From: an uncultured virus (IMG/VR IMGVR_UViG_3300002834_000023)
Lineage: Duplodnaviria; Heunggongvirae; Uroviricota; Caudoviricetes
Virus record (IMG/VR): IMGVR_UViG_3300002834_000023
Length of the DNA stretch: 64,000 nt
Reading direction: 5' to 3' (one strand)
This document shows positions 59,810-64,000 of the stretch, in pieces. Every line of letters begins with the position of its first letter. The first letter of the stretch is position 1. The notes beneath the pieces were generated by a model. The model made no database searches. It was not told where the DNA came from and worked only from the letters and a program-made list of their open reading frames with translations. The translations under genes were made by a program, and so were the position numbers.

Positions 59810-60071
59810 TATGACAATGATACATTATCCTGTTAAACAAAAGACATATAAGTATGCAAATACTAAATGTGATAAATTTTCTCATCTTGATGAAAGTGGT
59901 AACATGATTTATATACCAAAGAAAAAGTTTAACAGTGATAAAGAAGCCATTGAAGAAGCAAAACGAATAAATGCGCTTCCAAAAACAATTCACAAGGTTG
60001 TCGCATATAAATGTAGAACATGTCATTTATGGCATGTTGGTAGAACTAAAAAAGAATTAAAACATGAATGA
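59793..60071 (+). CDS. Hypothetical protein (Zn-binding)
   Basis: AYKCRTCHLWHVG. Confidence 0.65.
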   Translation: MICLNNMTMIHYPVKQKTYKYANTKCDKFSHLDESGNMIYIPKKKFNSDKEAIEEAKRINALPKTIHKVVAYKCRTCHLWHVGRTKKELKHE

Positions 60072-60951
60072 AGATAAAGAATTTAAAACATTAGGTGAAA
60101 GAATGAACTACTATCGAAGTATGGGTGAAATGAAAATCACGCCCAAAAGTTATGTATTAGCGATGCTGGATGGTAGGTCATTCTCGAAGCGTTGGAAAAA
60201 CAAATTGGATAAGCCATTTGATGATGGTTTTATATCTGATATGAATGAAACAGCAAAATATCTGTGTGAAAATATTGCTGGTTGCAGACTTGCATTTGTT
60301 CAAAGTGATGAAATATCCTTGTTCCTTTGTGATTATGAGAATGAGGAAACCCAGCCATGGTTCGATTATCGAATGACTAAAATGTTATCTTTATCAGCAG
60401 CAATGGCAACTGGTAAGTATAATCAATTAAGGTTAGTAAGAGAATTACAAGACACTATAAATGATAACCAGATATTTGTTGATGAGGAAGATGAACCTTA
60501 TAAACAAATCAGAAATGGGAAAGAAATATTAATACCACCTGGTAAAGTTTATACAATTTATGACCAAATAAGGGATTTCAAATTATCTGAATTTGATTCT
60601 AAATTTTGGTCTGTACCTGAAAGAAATGATGCTGTTGCATGGTTTATATATCGTCAAAATGATTGTATTCGTAACAGTGTACTTCAATCTGGTTACACTT
60701 ATTTCTCACACAAAGAACTGATGAATAAGAAAACTGATGAGATAAAAGATAAACTATTTTTTGATAAAGATGTTAATTGGAATGAATATTCTGATGGAAA
60801 AAAATATGGTCGGGTTATTTATAAAGTGATGACATCTGCAAATAGAAGTATATGGATTATCCACAATGCACCTGTATTTAAAGGTGAAGATGGATCAAAC
60901 TGGTTGAAAGAGTTCATAACAGAAATTCCAAAAACACAGTTGTCAAATTGA
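60064..60951 (+). CDS. tRNA(His) guanylyltransferase Thg1-like protein (3'-5' polymerase)
   Basis: LDGRSFSK, QSDEISL, FDSK, RQNDCIRNS, KYG. Confidence 0.88.
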   Translation: MNEDKEFKTLGERMNYYRSMGEMKITPKSYVLAMLDGRSFSKRWKNKLDKPFDDGFISDMNETAKYLCENIAGCRLAFVQSDEISLFLCDYENEETQPWFDYRMTKMLSLSAAMATGKYNQLRLVRELQDTINDNQIFVDEEDEPYKQIRNGKEILIPPGKVYTIYDQIRDFKLSEFDSKFWSVPERNDAVAWFIYRQNDCIRNSVLQSGYTYFSHKELMNKKTDEIKDKLFFDKDVNWNEYSDGKKYGRVIYKVMTSANRSIWIIHNAPVFKGEDGSNWLKEFITEIPKTQLSN

Positions 60952-61067
60952 TTTTTTAAATTAATAATAATTTAATACTTGGGGGATAAGGAAACTTTTT
61001 AACAAAAACAACCTTATAACTCAAGTATTCATATTTTATAAAAATAATAATAAATAATTAACAAATT

Positions 61068-61706
61068 ATGAAAAGTAAAATTTTAAAAGCGTTCAATGAA
61101 AACAGACTAATAATGTATAATAAAGATGATCTGGCTTATGAAAATGTTCCAAGAAGTTTTTTCCCAAAGATATTATTTTGGTATTTTGGAATACTAATAA
61201 TTGCCATTTGTATTTCTATAAGAGGTGGAATTACTATTGGCGAAAAAACAGCAAAAGAAGAAATTCTTAAAAATTTATCTACCTATGAAAAACTTTCTAT
61301 CATAGTTGAGGCTGATGTTTTTACGGAAGAAAAGTTTATTGAAATGTTAATCAACTTGAATGTTAAATTTCCCCACATAGTTATGGCACAAGCCATTGTT
61401 GAAAGTGGTCTTGGTACATCTGTTTTATATAAAACAAACTATAACTTGCTTGGTATGAAAGAGGCTCTAATTAGACCAAATCATCATAATGGTAGTGCAA
61501 ATGGACATGCTCTTTATAATTCATGGCGTGAATCTGTTTATGATTATCTTTATTGGCAATTATATACAGGCGGTGCAAGACTTAAAACTGATGATGAATA
61601 TTATGTTTTCTTAAAAGAGGCTAAATATGCAGAAAAAGAAAATTATGCTGAAACTGTAAAATCTGTTGTCGAACAAAGAAAACTTAAAGAAGTTTTTTAT
61701 AAATAA
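61068..61706 (+). CDS. Glucosaminidase (GH73-like) cell-wall hydrolase with TM anchor
   Basis: AQAIVESG, NLLGMK, ESVYDY, YAE..Y; N-terminal TM helix. Confidence 0.78.
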   Translation: MKSKILKAFNENRLIMYNKDDLAYENVPRSFFPKILFWYFGILIIAICISIRGGITIGEKTAKEEILKNLSTYEKLSIIVEADVFTEEKFIEMLINLNVKFPHIVMAQAIVESGLGTSVLYKTNYNLLGMKEALIRPNHHNGSANGHALYNSWRESVYDYLYWQLYTGGARLKTDDEYYVFLKEAKYAEKENYAETVKSVVEQRKLKEVFYK

Positions 61707-61761
61707 TTTTAAATGGGGTATATTTAATTTGCTCTAATTATAAAATTAATAAAAAAAAATT

Positions 61762-62100
61762 ATGTCTTTAAAAGTAAGATTTGGTGTATTTGAAACAAAC
61801 AGTTCTAACACCCACACATTAACAATTGTTGCGAAAGATGAATTTGAACAATTCAAAAATGAAAAAATGTTTCTATTGGAAGATTATGAACTTATTACAA
61901 TGGAACAAGCCGAAAAGGAATACGAAAAGGTAAAAGATCAATCATGGTATGATGATTTTGATGATTGGAAAAATCAAAATCTTAAATCATATGATGATTT
62001 TATTAACGATTATTGTTTTGAAACGTATGAATATCCACATACGACTAAAAATGGTGATGAAATTGTAGCGTTTGGAAAATTTGGTAATGATAATTGTTAA
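61762..62100 (+). CDS. Hypothetical protein (FETNSS family)
   Basis: RFGVFETNSSNTH. Confidence 0.75.
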   Translation: MSLKVRFGVFETNSSNTHTLTIVAKDEFEQFKNEKMFLLEDYELITMEQAEKEYEKVKDQSWYDDFDDWKNQNLKSYDDFINDYCFETYEYPHTTKNGDEIVAFGKFGNDNC

Positions 62101-62103
62101 GTC

Positions 62104-62436
62104 ATGATAAAAGTAAGATTTGGATTATTTGAAACCAACAGTTCATCCACTCACACATTAACAATTACTTCTAAAAAAGTTTTTGACGAATGGAAAAATG
62201 ATAAATGGATATTATTATACGATAAAAAATTCGTTACAGAAGAAGAAGTTGAAAAGGAATGGCAAAAGCCAGATAGTCAAAGATGGTATGAAAATTATGG
62301 CGAATGGCGAAAATATAATGCTCTTTCATACCATGATTGGTGTGACCATGAAGATTTTACAAATTATATTGATGAATATACAACAGAAAGTGGTGAAGTA
62401 GTTGTTGCTTTTGGTTTGTATGGTTCAACTGGTTAA
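62104..62436 (+). CDS. Tandem paralog of 61762..62100
   Basis: RFGLFETNSSSTH...VVAFG.YG. Confidence 0.75.
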   Translation: MIKVRFGLFETNSSSTHTLTITSKKVFDEWKNDKWILLYDKKFVTEEEVEKEWQKPDSQRWYENYGEWRKYNALSYHDWCDHEDFTNYIDEYTTESGEVVVAFGLYGSTG

Positions 62437-62506
62437 CCAAAATGTAATTTAAAAAATAAGGTGAAGATTAATATTGTTCTTTTTAAAGTTTACATATATT
62501 AATTCT

Positions 62507-63562
62507 TCACCTTCTTCTTTGTGATGGGGCATAAGTCGTTATATCCATAGTACCTAATGTCATTGCCAATAAACTACCAACACCCATTTTCTGTAATGCT
62601 AAACAGGCATCATCAAGAGTTGCACCAGATGAATAGTTATCATCCCAACAGATAACATCTTTTCCTCTTAATTTATACATCATTTCCTGATATGGTTTGG
62701 CTATTGAAAATATATTTTCCAATGAACGTCTTTCTCTATCTTCAACACCTTTTATTTGCCAGTTACCTAATCCATTCCTACCTTTTAATGGGTCTGGTCC
62801 TCTATCACCAGCACGTAATTGATTTGCTTGATATTGAAGTCTAACTATATCTTGTGATTTATTTTTTATATCATTTGAAACCCTGCCTCTGCCTCTATTG
62901 GTTTTATATTCTGATACTTCTTTTTTTAGTTCTTCTATCTGTCGTAAAATATCTTTTCTTTGATCATCCCTTTTCCATTTTTCAACTTTTTGAATTAAAG
63001 AATATATTTCATCATCAGTTAATCCGACAACATTTTTTGCATAATCTTTATTGATAATAATACTTTCAACAGTTTTGGATAAAAAATTAGGTAATAGTTT
63101 TATACCAGGTGTGTTTCCAAATCTTTTATGAATTTGTTGTAATACATTTTCATTAAATTTAGACGATGATTCGGGACTAACTATATAATCTATATTTCTA
63201 TTTTTTAACAAATGATAAATGTAAAGATATGTTTTATTATTAAATTCATTCATAGATGGATCCATCTCAATTTTTTCAAAATCTTGATTAAGCCCATGTT
63301 TTAATGCACGTGTTACCAACGACTTGTTTAACTCATATATGTTGATGACTTTAACACCAGACTTTGGTAAGGTTGTTTCAACAGGATTAAATGATCCATC
63401 ACCCCTTTTTAAATTTGTATTAGAATGTTTGTTATTTTCGGGTTCATATCTCATTTTTGTTTGATTATCATAGAAACCAAAACCTTCATCATAATCATTT
63501 TCAAAAAGATAATTTGATATAATGGTAAATTGTTGCTCTGTTATAAGTATCTTTTTTATCAT
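62507..63562 (-). CDS. Phosphoribosyltransferase-domain protein
   Basis: VICWDDNYSSGATL type I PRTase PRPP-binding loop; N-terminal KKILITEQQF. Confidence 0.7.
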   Translation of the reverse strand: MIKKILITEQQFTIISNYLFENDYDEGFGFYDNQTKMRYEPENNKHSNTNLKRGDGSFNPVETTLPKSGVKVINIYELNKSLVTRALKHGLNQDFEKIEMDPSMNEFNNKTYLYIYHLLKNRNIDYIVSPESSSKFNENVLQQIHKRFGNTPGIKLLPNFLSKTVESIIINKDYAKNVVGLTDDEIYSLIQKVEKWKRDDQRKDILRQIEELKKEVSEYKTNRGRGRVSNDIKNKSQDIVRLQYQANQLRAGDRGPDPLKGRNGLGNWQIKGVEDRERRSLENIFSIAKPYQEMMYKLRGKDVICWDDNYSSGATLDDACLALQKMGVGSLLAMTLGTMDITTYAPSQRRR

Positions 63563-63649
63563 ATTTTAATATAATCTTCAAGTATAAATAAATAGTTTTT
63601 TATTAAAAAAAAAAACGGTTTATTTATAGGTATAAATTAAGTAAAATCT

Positions 63650-64000
63650 ATGAGTAGTATATTATCTAATACAGTCTTTATAAGAAAAAATACAGCCATT
63701 CCCGAAAGTATGTTTTTCATGCGTTTTCAAAATACAACTGGTGCTGATGTTACAATAAATGATATGAATAATCTTTTTAACTCTACCAGTTCTTCTCCAA
63801 GATTATTAACAGCTGTAATTGAAAGAAGCGGGGGTAATGATGATATAAGACTAACTAACAATTCAGTAAGTAATTTTATTGTTTATAATGGAGAAAGTTG
63901 TGTTTTTAGAATAACCTGGTCAGGTGGAATTTTTGCTCTTAGCGCATACTTTTCTGGGTCATCATTTAGAAATATTGTTAGAAGTTCGGGTTATGAAATA
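63650..64000 (+). CDS. Partial ORF, putative structural protein (runs off window)
   Basis: MSSILSNTVFIRK... open for 117 codons; N-terminus like 2095 and 24480 proteins. Confidence 0.6.
   Translation, partial: MSSILSNTVFIRKNTAIPESMFFMRFQNTTGADVTINDMNNLFNSTSSSPRLLTAVIERSGGNDDIRLTNNSVSNFIVYNGESCVFRITWSGGIFALSAYFSGSSFRNIVRSSGYEI

Noticed and set aside
980..63054. Short ORFs nested in or antisense to longer genes (e.g. 980..1216, 3770..4156, 32729..33079, 56026..56358)
   Set aside because: Shadow frames without promoter or start context
1..64000. Stop-codon reassignment (as in some Bacteroidota phages)
   Set aside because: Recognisable enzymes are full length and coding density is high under the standard code

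Overview
Very AT-rich, gene-dense segment of a large (probably jumbo) lytic phage infecting Bacteroidota. The host is inferred from TAnnTTTG -7 promoter boxes and A-rich, Shine-Dalgarno-less starts; the genetic code is standard. 1-27 kb holds RNA/DNA metabolism and accessory genes: CCA-adding enzyme, RNA ligase, three DNA methyltransferases, a probable restriction-type nuclease, a degenerate ThyX, ParB-like paralogs, a J-domain/vWA/adenylosuccinate-synthetase-like cluster and a BNR propeller protein. 27.3-58 kb is an early/host-takeover-like region of about 80 short ORFs built from repeated cassettes. Each cassette opens with a near-invariant element TTAACATCCAG-N26-TAnnTTTG (about 47 copies window-wide, hand count), and the previous gene's stop codon often lies inside it. 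Overlaid on this are helically phased ATGTTAA/TTAACAT inverted sites and ten identical 14-bp palindromes (TACTCAAATGAGTA) spaced mostly 2-6 kb apart. Five cassettes start with a structured non-coding RNA instead of an ORF, including two tRNA-ended RNAs whose anticodon arm is replaced; a separate pseudo-tRNA is also present. 58-64 kb encodes SEC-C, DUF262, Thg1, glucosaminidase and PRTase-domain proteins. All calls come from visual motif reading; no searches or folding programs were run.
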